Below, piece by piece: positions 20,265 to 28,133 of a DNA stretch of 56,787 nt. Position 1 is the first letter of the stretch; every line of letters begins with the position of its first letter. Position numbers and translations under genes: made by a program. The DNA comes from Patescibacteria group bacterium (GTDB lineage: Bacteria > Patescibacteriota > Saccharimonadia > Saccharimonadales > Saccharimonadaceae): the NCBI GenBank assembly GCA_030156575.1, contig JASGMG010000001.1, positions 1 to 56,787 on the forward strand, in the 5' to 3' direction. The notes under the pieces are model-generated. The model was not told the origin of the DNA, ran no database searches, and saw nothing but the letters and a program-made list of their open reading frames with translations.

Positions 20265-22687
20265 AATTTAATTACCATAGTTTTCGTAGCGAGAAGGCGC
20301 GAATAAGTATTAAATTTAATAAGACATTATTAACTATATTATTTATTACAGCTTTATCATTAGTTATTTCTGGATTTATATTTATTGTTCTTGAGATGTC
20401 TTTTGGTTGGACATTAATAGGTTTCTCATTTGTGCCTGCTATGATGATTGAATGGTATAATGGGGAGCTTCATCACCTAAGTGCCTTAAAAGAGTCAAAG
20501 CAAATTGATGATTTGTTGTCTGGTGAAGTATTAGGCTATATGTCAAAGAGTCCAACGCCACGACAGGTTGCTGGATTATTAGCTAGAACTCCTGGTGGTA
20601 GGTTTTTTGCAGTTAGATTTGGTATTGCCTCTAACTTTTTGCAAGATTTATCGTCAGACAATAAAGATGATATGCAGATGGTTTGGCAAGAAGCGGTGGC
20701 TTTACGTAAAATAACTGATAGTAGAAACTTATCAGCAGCTATATTGGTAGTTGCACTTTTAAAATGTTCTGCTAATTATCAAGTCTTAATTAGCCATTTA
20801 CAATTGGATATTGATGACTTAATCCGTGGAATAGAATGGTATGATCATTTGCGAGGTTTAATCGAACAGGGTCACAGTCCTAGAAGAACTGGCGGAATAG
20901 CTCGGGATTGGTCATTCGGCTGGACTCCATTACTTAGTCGTTTTGGACAAAACATTAGTCAACAAATAGGCAATAGTGGAACGCTTTTTACTAGTTTAGC
21001 TACTCATTCTGAATCGCTCGATCAAGTTATAAATATATTTAGAAAAAATGGACGTCAAAATGCAGTATTAGTTGGTCCTTCTGGCGCTGGAAAAACTGAA
21101 ATTATTCATGCATTTGCTTCAAGGTTACTTGATGGATCAGCAGACATACCACCTAATTTAAGGTTTAATCAGGTGTTTATACTAGATTCGTCGGCATTGA
21201 TCGCAGCTGCGCCTGGACGTGGAGAGTTAGAGCAATTAATACCACGTATCTTAGTTGAAGCTTATAAAGCTAAAAATATAATAATATGTTTAGATAATGC
21301 ACAATTATTTTTTGAAGATGGCGTGGGATCTGTAGACATAACTAATACACTTCTACCAATTATTGAGGCTGGTAATCTACGAATATTATTAACAATGGAT
21401 GAGCAACGTTATTTAAGAATAAGTAGACGAAGCCCCGAACTTATTAATGCATTGAATCGAATTTCTATCAATCCGGTTGATCGGGCAGAAACTATAGCAG
21501 TTATACAAGACAAGTCTATATTAATTGAATTTCAACATCATGTAACATTTATGTATCAGTCGTTTGTTGAGGCTTATTGTTTAGGTGATCGTTATGTTCA
21601 CGAGCTTGCTATGCCTGGGAAAGCTATAAAATTATTAGAATCAGCAGCTAATTATAGTGAAGGCGGTTTAGTTACTGCTGAATCAGTTAGACAGTCCATT
21701 GAGAAGACGCTTGGTATAAAAGTTAGTGTAGCAACAGGCAACGATGAGCGTGAGAAGCTACTTAATTTGGAGAGCCTAATTCATAAACGTATGATTAACC
21801 AGACTAGAGCAGTAAAGGTCGTATCTGATGCCCTTAGAAGGGCTCGTACTGGTGTTCGTAATCAAAGCCGACCTATTGGTACTTTCTTGTTTTTGGGCCC
21901 AACTGGTGTTGGTAAGTCAGAACTTGCTAAAGCATTAGCTGATGTTTATTTTGGAGGTGAAGATAGGATTATACGTCTTGATATGAATGAATACACTAGC
22001 AATAATGATGTTGCTCGTTTAATTGCTGATGGTGCTGACAATACACATAGTTTGACTGCACGTGTTATGAAGCAACCGTTTAGTGTTATTTTGCTTGATG
22101 AGATAGAGAAAGCTCATCCGAATATTTTATCTACTTTTTTACAAATGCTTGATGAAGGAGTTTTACGTGATGTAAAGAACCGTGAGATAAGTTTTCGTGA
22201 TGCAATAGTTATTGCAACTAGTAACGCTGGTGCTGATAGGATTCGTGAATATATTGAACGAGGTTATGACGTCGAGCAATTTGAAAGTCAATTTGTGGAT
22301 GAACTAATTAATAGTAATCAATTTCGTCCTGAATTCTTGAATCGTTTTGATGAGATTGTTATGTTTAGGCCTCTTAACAAGCCGGAATTATTGCAAGTTG
22401 TTGATTTGATGCTAAATAGTGTAAATAAAACTTTGGCGTCTCAAAAAATTAGTGTTAATGTTGCGAGCGATGCAAAAGAATATCTAGTTGAAGCTGGTTA
22501 CGACCCGAGATTAGGCGCTCGTCCGATGAGGCGCGTTATCCAGCGTGCAGTTGAGAATACAGTTGCCAAACAAATGCTAAGTGGTGATGTTACTCCAGGC
22601 AGTGTAATTGAAGTATCTCTTACTCAAGTAAGACAATTGTTAGATTCAAAATCTAAAGCGCAAACTTTAATTAATGAAAAACGATAA
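20252..22687 (+). CDS. Membrane-anchored two-ring AAA+ Clp/Hsp100-family ATPase
   Basis: Two N-terminal TM helices, then Clp_N-like repeats. D1 has Walker A 'GPSGAGKTE'. D2 has 'GPTGVGKSELAKALA', Walker B 'VILLDEIEKAH' and sensor 'GARPMRR'. No long ClpB-type middle domain. Confidence 0.8.
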   Translation: MEDLKFNYHSFRSEKARISIKFNKTLLTILFITALSLVISGFIFIVLEMSFGWTLIGFSFVPAMMIEWYNGELHHLSALKESKQIDDLLSGEVLGYMSKSPTPRQVAGLLARTPGGRFFAVRFGIASNFLQDLSSDNKDDMQMVWQEAVALRKITDSRNLSAAILVVALLKCSANYQVLISHLQLDIDDLIRGIEWYDHLRGLIEQGHSPRRTGGIARDWSFGWTPLLSRFGQNISQQIGNSGTLFTSLATHSESLDQVINIFRKNGRQNAVLVGPSGAGKTEIIHAFASRLLDGSADIPPNLRFNQVFILDSSALIAAAPGRGELEQLIPRILVEAYKAKNIIICLDNAQLFFEDGVGSVDITNTLLPIIEAGNLRILLTMDEQRYLRISRRSPELINALNRISINPVDRAETIAVIQDKSILIEFQHHVTFMYQSFVEAYCLGDRYVHELAMPGKAIKLLESAANYSEGGLVTAESVRQSIEKTLGIKVSVATGNDEREKLLNLESLIHKRMINQTRAVKVVSDALRRARTGVRNQSRPIGTFLFLGPTGVGKSELAKALADVYFGGEDRIIRLDMNEYTSNNDVARLIADGADNTHSLTARVMKQPFSVILLDEIEKAHPNILSTFLQMLDEGVLRDVKNREISFRDAIVIATSNAGADRIREYIERGYDVEQFESQFVDELINSNQFRPEFLNRFDEIVMFRPLNKPELLQVVDLMLNSVNKTLASQKISVNVASDAKEYLVEAGYDPRLGARPMRRVIQRAVENTVAKQMLSGDVTPGSVIEVSLTQVRQLLDSKSKAQTLINEKR

Positions 22688-22786
22688 AGTTAGACATTAG
22701 CCTATCTTGACATGTGATGTTCTCGGATTTATTCTAGATATAGAGGAAATTAATTTTCTCGGTAGAATTTAAAAAAGGAGGTTATT

Positions 22787-23212
22787 ATGAGTGACTTAAT
22801 TAAATTTGATCCATTTGCAGAGATGCAAGCACTTCAACGGCAGTTTCTTTCGGATGATTGGATTATGCCAATGAAGAATTTACGAATGCCAACAACAGAC
22901 GTGTATACCGAAGAAGGTAAGCAGTTAACAGTTGAAGCACATTTACCGAATTTTGAAGAAAAAGATGTTAATATCCAAGTAGATAAAGGTGCTCTTGTTA
23001 TACAGGCCGAGAAGCACGAAAAAGAGAAAGACAAAACTAAAAAGTATGTAGTTCGAGAAAGTAGTAGTAGTTTCTATCGTAGGATTCGTTTACCAGAAAT
23101 AGCTGACGAAGACAAGATTGAGGCGAGTATGAAAGACGGCGTCTTAAAAGTCACTGTTCAATTTAAGGAACTACCAGAACCAAAGAAAATTACAATTAAA
23201 AGTGGCAAATAA
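22787..23212 (+). CDS. Small heat-shock protein (Hsp20 / alpha-crystallin family)
   Basis: 141 aa. 'PTTDVYTEEGKQLTVEAHLPNFEEKDVNIQVDKGALVIQAE', 'FYRRIRLPE' and 'ASMKDGVLKVTV' are canonical ACD blocks. AAGGAGG RBS lies 7 nt upstream. Confidence 0.9.
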   Translation: MSDLIKFDPFAEMQALQRQFLSDDWIMPMKNLRMPTTDVYTEEGKQLTVEAHLPNFEEKDVNIQVDKGALVIQAEKHEKEKDKTKKYVVRESSSSFYRRIRLPEIADEDKIEASMKDGVLKVTVQFKELPEPKKITIKSGK

Positions 23213-23431
23213 GATTTCTTTAGCGGGGTCTTGTAGACGTTGCTTATATAGATAATTAAATCGTTTCGATAAGTTATTTGTATCCGTATCGAGCTTTTTA
23301 ACACTAACTCGCTTATAAGAAGGGTAAAAGCGAGTTAGTGTCATTGGAAGTAATTTACTGGGAAAAGCCCTTTAGATAAGTAAGTTTTGATTGATGGATT
23401 TAATTATCTATCGGTTGTATAATGTGTTCTC

Positions 23432-23989
23432 ATGAATGTATGTATATTTTGTTCGTCGAATAATCTTGAAAATAAATATCTAGAACCAGCTAAAAAGTTA
23501 GCCAATATGTTTATAAGTGCTAAATATAACATGGTTTATGGTGGGTCTGACTATGGACTTATGCAATTTATGGCAGATATTATGCAAGAGGGCGGTAGGA
23601 AAATAATTGGCGTGACTATCCCTGTTTATGCAGAAGACCTTCGCGAGAAGGCTGACGAGAAGATAATTGCAAAAGATTTAAGTGATCGAAAAAGAATTAT
23701 TCTTGATCGATCTGATGCGATAGTAGTTTTAATTGGTGGAATTGGCACGATTGATGAGTTGTTTGAAGTTATGGAGCTGAAGAGACAAGGTTGTCACGAC
23801 AAGCCAATTATCGTATTAAATACCGACGGTTTCTATGACGGATTAATTATGCAACTTAATAGAATTGAAAAAGAGAATTTGTTTAAGGCAGGTGATGATA
23901 GAAATAAGAAAATCAGTACTTTAAGCAAATTTATTCAGTTTGTTGATACACCAGAACAGGCTATGGAAATAATAAATAGACATTTATAA
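23432..23989 (+). CDS. LOG-family (TIGR00730-type) nucleotide phosphoribohydrolase
   Basis: 'VYGGSDYGLMQFMA' and 'IGGIGTIDELFE' correspond to the GGGxGxM and PGGxGTxxE LOG signatures. Confidence 0.8.
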   Translation: MNVCIFCSSNNLENKYLEPAKKLANMFISAKYNMVYGGSDYGLMQFMADIMQEGGRKIIGVTIPVYAEDLREKADEKIIAKDLSDRKRIILDRSDAIVVLIGGIGTIDELFEVMELKRQGCHDKPIIVLNTDGFYDGLIMQLNRIEKENLFKAGDDRNKKISTLSKFIQFVDTPEQAMEIINRHL

Positions 23990-24117
23990 TAGATATTTTA
24001 TTCTGATCATAATATTAGTGAGCCTAATACAATAAAACTAGCTTCCATCCATTAACTAGAATGGGTTGATAATATTTATTGAATAGCCTCACTAACATAA
24101 GATTACTTATTCTAAAT

Positions 24118-25326
24118 TTAGTGCTTTTGAAATACTTTTTTTAATGAAATGCGATTTGTATATTCGAGTGCTCCATATTGAAAAAGGCGAATAGCTATCG
24201 TTAGTATAACGATAGCACTAATTGCTAATATAGTTATTCCTGTGATTGTTTCGAACGTAGTTAAATTACCAATGGCATTTCTGAGTAACATAGGTATTGG
24301 CGCTGTAAGAGGGAATAATGTTAAGAACTTTACGATATTCGAAGTTGGTGCTGACACAAAAAGACTTACTGCATATAATGGGCCGAACATCATTATCATT
24401 ACAACCCCAAAGAACCCGTTTGCTTCTTTTGCAGTAGGTACGGCAGAGCCGATTGCGACTAGTAAACCTGTGATCATCAAAAAACTTAGTATGAATATAA
24501 TCGCGGCTATTGCTATGCGCGTAGGATCTAGCGGGATGTTGCTTAAATCGAAATTTGGTAATGACAGCGCGTTATGGAAAAGTACGTAGGCAATAATAGT
24601 TGGAATTAGAATTATAGCTACCTGGAAAAATGCAAGAATAATTAATGATATGATCTTACCCATTATCAGTGTTCTAGCTTTGATTGTCGTTAGTATTATT
24701 TCGATTACTCTATTTTCTTTCTCTTCTGTCGTACTTGATAACATTTGATTTCCAAAAGTCACAATTAATATATAGAATAATACAAGAAATATTCCTGGTG
24801 CTATTATTTCTTTATATCCATCGAATTGGAGGCCGTTTTTATATAGTATAGAATTAAAGCCTATGGAATCTTTTAATACGGCTGTTGTTTGTGTGTCAGT
24901 TACGCTCTCGACAGATTGTTGTAGAATAGTTTTAGCTACACCTTCGTAACGACCATTATCAAAAATACCTGCCTCAGCTGCATAAATTTCAACTTTGTTA
25001 TTAACCAAATCATCTGGGTAGTAAAAATAAGCATCTATTTTGCCATCAGAAACATCTTTTATGGCTGCTTGTTTATTATCCGACTCCGTTGCTTTGTGTT
25101 GTTTTATTAATTCTTTATTAATTAGGCCACTATCGTCTGTTATCATAAATGAGAATTTTTGATTTATTGTGTTTTCTGCCGCGTTTTTTGTTGAAATATT
25201 AGAGAAATATATAATTGCGAAGATTAGTCCAATACCTATAGGGAAAGCGACTGCCGTTATCCAAAAGGATTTTCTCTTAAGCGTACGCATTATTTCAAAC
25301 CACAATACAGTTCCTAGATTATACAT
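24118..25326 (-). CDS. ABC-2 type transporter permease (NatB-like)
   Basis: N-terminal TM, large extracytoplasmic loop, then 5 C-terminal TM helices. The ATG at 25326 overlaps the ATPase stop (ATGTATAA), so the longer track N-terminus was rejected. Confidence 0.75.
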   Translation of the reverse strand: MYNLGTVLWFEIMRTLKRKSFWITAVAFPIGIGLIFAIIYFSNISTKNAAENTINQKFSFMITDDSGLINKELIKQHKATESDNKQAAIKDVSDGKIDAYFYYPDDLVNNKVEIYAAEAGIFDNGRYEGVAKTILQQSVESVTDTQTTAVLKDSIGFNSILYKNGLQFDGYKEIIAPGIFLVLFYILIVTFGNQMLSSTTEEKENRVIEIILTTIKARTLIMGKIISLIILAFFQVAIILIPTIIAYVLFHNALSLPNFDLSNIPLDPTRIAIAAIIFILSFLMITGLLVAIGSAVPTAKEANGFFGVVMIMMFGPLYAVSLFVSAPTSNIVKFLTLFPLTAPIPMLLRNAIGNLTTFETITGITILAISAIVILTIAIRLFQYGALEYTNRISLKKVFQKH

Positions 25327-26104
25327 TGTTATTCCTTTCGATTTCTTCGTTCTCGTCTCCATATACTTTGATGAATATATCATCAAGTGATAGATTATTA
25401 AATTCTCGTTTAACGTCTTTGACCGTACCGTAAGCTCGTGCTACTCCATCTTTTAACAATATTATTCTATCGCAAAGTTGTTCAACTTCTTCCATTTGAT
25501 GTGTGATGAACATAATCGTAGCTCCAGCTTTGTTATGTTCCTGAATAATATCCATTAAAAGACGACGATTCACAGGATCGAACCCTTTTGTTGGCTCATC
25601 TAATATTAATAATTCAGGATCGTCTATAATGGTGATACCTAATTGAATCTTTTGTTGTTGTCCTCCAGATAGCTTATCTATTTTAACTGACGCCATATCT
25701 ATTAGTTTGACTCTTCTTAGATAAGTTTCTGCTCTATCTTTTGCTTCAGCTTTTTGAAGCCCTTTTAACTGACCAAAATATGTCATTACGTCTATGACGG
25801 TTTCTTTTCTATAAAAGCCTCTTTCTTCTGGTAAATATCCAAGTTTTATATCAGATGGTATAGAAAATGGTTTATTTCCGATATTTAAAATGCCTGATGT
25901 TGGTTTATATATACCGAGTAGGGCGCGAATTGTAGTGGTTTTGCCTGAACCATTACTACCTAAAAATCCAAACACTTCCCCTTTATACACATCGAATGAC
26001 AAGTCTTTAATGACGGTTTTATTACCAAAGTTCATTTTGAAATGATTAATATTAATTATGGGTTCTGGAGTTGTTGAAGTTATTTTCGTTTGTTTAGCGT
26101 TCAT
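25319..26104 (-). CDS. ABC transporter ATP-binding protein (NatA-like)
   Basis: Walker A 'GSNGSGKTT', signature 'LSGGQQQK', Walker B 'LLILDEPT' and H-loop 'FITHQ'. Confidence 0.9.
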   Translation of the reverse strand: MNAKQTKITSTTPEPIININHFKMNFGNKTVIKDLSFDVYKGEVFGFLGSNGSGKTTTIRALLGIYKPTSGILNIGNKPFSIPSDIKLGYLPEERGFYRKETVIDVMTYFGQLKGLQKAEAKDRAETYLRRVKLIDMASVKIDKLSGGQQQKIQLGITIIDDPELLILDEPTKGFDPVNRRLLMDIIQEHNKAGATIMFITHQMEEVEQLCDRIILLKDGVARAYGTVKDVKREFNNLSLDDIFIKVYGDENEEIERNNNV

Positions 26105-26177
26105 ATGATAATTATACCAGGTTAAGATAATGCATAATCAATTTACATAATTCAAGTTTTCGATTTTTGATTATGTA

Positions 26178-26597
26178 ATGTGCTTACTAGAACTGATGAA
26201 ATATTCAAGCGAATTTAAAGGAACGTCTTATTGGGAAATACTTGAAAATATGTTCCGATTGGATGAATACCAACAAGCGATTAATTCTCTCAAAATGAGC
26301 TCGACTGCTAATTTTTATCCGTATTCCAGAGAGACTGGTAAAATAAATTTAGTTCCGCGCAAAATTGTGCCAACTGATTTTATAATATTCAACACAAGTA
26401 TTATGCTTGGACGAATGGATTATATAATTATGGTTGATATGACACAAGATAATATTATCAAGAGAAAGTTGTTGCGGGATAAAGATATCAGAACACCTGA
26501 CCAAATAGTTGAAATGCATAGGGGTATTATTGGACTAATAGGGGTAGGCCAGACAATCCTGATGTTATTATTGATAATAATGATTTTGATAACGTAA
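26178..26597 (+). pseudogene. Possible 5'-truncated uridine kinase/PRK-family remnant with an aberrant hydrophobic tail
   Basis: 'FYPYSRETG...VPTDFIIFNTSIMLG...DYIIMVDMTQDNIIKRKLLRDKDIR' parallels the central and C-terminal Udk/PRK pattern (P-Y-D...R, VIIxEG, D-x-KIFVD-x-D-x-R-x-x-RR-x-x-RD). No P-loop is present in the ORF, and none fits in the 73 nt upstream. Confidence 0.3.
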
Positions 26598-26652
26598 AAA
26601 TTATCGATAGCGCTATATAAACTATTAGTAAATAATTTATACATAAGCGTCT

Positions 26653-26728
26653 TGGTACCCCGGGTTGGGATCGAACCAACGACCTTAGGCTTAGAAGTCC
26701 TCTGCTCTATCCACTGAGCTACCGGGGC
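26653..26728 (-). tRNA. tRNA-Arg (anticodon TCT), CCA encoded
   Basis: The reverse complement gives GCCCCGG/CCGGGGT acceptor, GCTC/GAGC D-arm, loop CTTCTAA and GTTGG-TTCGATC-CCAAC T-arm, 76 nt in standard register. The anticodon stem has only 3 Watson-Crick pairs. Confidence 0.8.
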
Positions 26729-26824
26729 GTGTTTTTATGTACCATAGTTATTATATCAAAATTATGGATATATCTTAAAGCAAATATAGGGTATAATTGG
26801 TTCTATCAAGAAGGAGGGTAAAAT

Positions 26825-27235
26825 ATGACAAATATAATTGATAATGGTCCAAACCCATTTGTATCAAATATTGAAACATTGACGTTGGAAAATGATAACT
26901 ACAGAACAACTTTGTGGACTGGGGCGAATCTTCAAATTACGTTGATGTCGATCTTACCAGGACATGATATCGGATTAGAAGTACACATGGATCATGACCA
27001 ATTCTTACGCATAGAACAAGGTCAAGCAACAGTCCAAATGGGAACAGACAAGAATAATCTAGAGACATGGCAGGCTAGTGATAACGATGCAATAATTGTG
27101 CCGGCTAGCACATGGCATAATGTTATAAACAACGGAGAAGAATTACTAAAAGTATATTCAATTTATGCACCACCAGAGCATCCACATGGAACAATCCACG
27201 TTACCAAAGAAGACGCTGACAAGAGTGAGCAGTAA
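26825..27235 (+). CDS. Cupin-domain protein
   Basis: 136 aa. 'GHDIGLEVHMDHDQFLRIEQG' and 'VPASTWHNVIN' fit the two cupin motifs (G-x5-H-x-H...E, then P-x-G-x2-H-x3-N). AGGAGGG RBS upstream. Confidence 0.7.
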   Translation: MTNIIDNGPNPFVSNIETLTLENDNYRTTLWTGANLQITLMSILPGHDIGLEVHMDHDQFLRIEQGQATVQMGTDKNNLETWQASDNDAIIVPASTWHNVINNGEELLKVYSIYAPPEHPHGTIHVTKEDADKSEQ

Positions 27236-27465
27236 AACAATAAATTGATTTCGACAAATTTAATTATTTTAACGGCAGATATATAATGTTAACGCTCGGA
27301 TAGATTAAGCATTGGATTATTTGTGGGTTATAATAGTATTTTAGACTATTAATGTCTAAACCTTTCTCGTATTTGTTTTGATATAACAAATAAGACATCT
27401 CTCTATATATGTTTATAATAATGAAAGACGCCAGAATGGCTCTGGCGTCTTAGGTGCTTCATCTG

Positions 27466-27540
27466 TGGTGCGGGCGGAGAGAATCGAACTCTCATCGTTT
27501 GCTTGGAAGGCAGACATATTAGCCGTTATACGACGCCCGC
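27466..27540 (-). tRNA. tRNA-Gly (anticodon TCC), CCA encoded
   Basis: The reverse complement gives GCGGGCG/CGCCCGC acceptor, loop CTTCCAA and GAGAG-TTCGATT-CTCTC T-arm. One C-A mismatch in the anticodon stem. A 9-bp hairpin (27426..27450, AGACGCCAG/CTGGCGTCT) follows it on the minus strand. Confidence 0.85.
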
Positions 27541-27646
27541 ATGTTTCGTTAGTTATTATATCAGTAATTACATTACTATAAAAGTTTAATATATATTTTA
27601 ATATTAACTTTAATCTGTTACAATTGCTATTGTCACAAATGATTAT

Positions 27647-27724
27647 GGCGAATGTAGCTCATCTGGTTAGAGCGCCGGGTTGTGGTTCCGGAGGTAGTGG
27701 GTTCGATCCCCATCGTTCGCCCCA
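27647..27724 (+). tRNA. tRNA-His (anticodon GTG) with encoded G-1 and CCA
   Basis: An extra 5' G pairs with C73, which is the bacterial tRNA-His identity element. Anticodon loop TTGTGGT. T-arm GTGGG-TTCGATC-CCCAT. Confidence 0.9.
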
Positions 27725-27730
27725 ATAAAA

Positions 27731-27758
27731 AACAAGACTAAAAGAGTCTTGTTTTTTA
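27731..27758 (+). terminator. Rho-independent terminator after tRNA-His
   Basis: 9-bp stem AACAAGACT / AGTCTTGTT, 5-nt loop, followed by a T-run. Confidence 0.7.
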
Positions 27759-27815
27759 TTAAATGACGAGTTGACTAATCTATCGTATTGATTATAATCA
27801 TAAGTATAATAAATT

Positions 27816-28133
27816 ATGGATTTAAATAAATACGTAGTTAATAATGATAGTAGTAAATCATTTCATAGCAATGGCTTTGCTAAAGTTGCTAATGGAGATC
27901 GAATAGGGTCAGCTACACCGGAGTCGTTTAAGCAACGACGTCAGATTGACAATAATCGTCGGATTATTGGTGCTTATAGTCGTTCATCTATTGGAAATAT
28001 GCGTAGTGTTGTGAGACCTATGCCAGTTATCGCTTCACGGGCTAGATTTGTAAAAACTACAAACATTAGGCCGGCTGCGCAACAACATAATATCGTTGCC
28101 CAGGCTAGGCGCACTTATAATCCTTACGCTTAA
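27816..28133 (+). CDS. Hypothetical arginine-rich basic protein
   Basis: 105-aa ORF with no recognisable motif and no TM segment. Many Arg residues (QRRQIDNNRRI, ASRARF, QARRTYN). Its stop overlaps the convergent murA stop by 4 nt. Confidence 0.3.
   Translation: MDLNKYVVNNDSSKSFHSNGFAKVANGDRIGSATPESFKQRRQIDNNRRIIGAYSRSSIGNMRSVVRPMPVIASRARFVKTTNIRPAAQQHNIVAQARRTYNPYA

Noticed and set aside
22688-22786. I looked for a CIRCE (TTAGCACTC-N9-GAGTGCTAA) or HAIR (HspR) heat-shock operator upstream of hsp20. I noted a duplicated TTCTCGG and a TTGACA-N17-TATTCT promoter-like pair.
   Set aside because: There is no match to either known operator. The TTCTCGG direct repeat is only 7 nt, and I cannot tell it apart from chance. 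The promoter-like hexamers are plausible but unverifiable by eye in AT-rich DNA.
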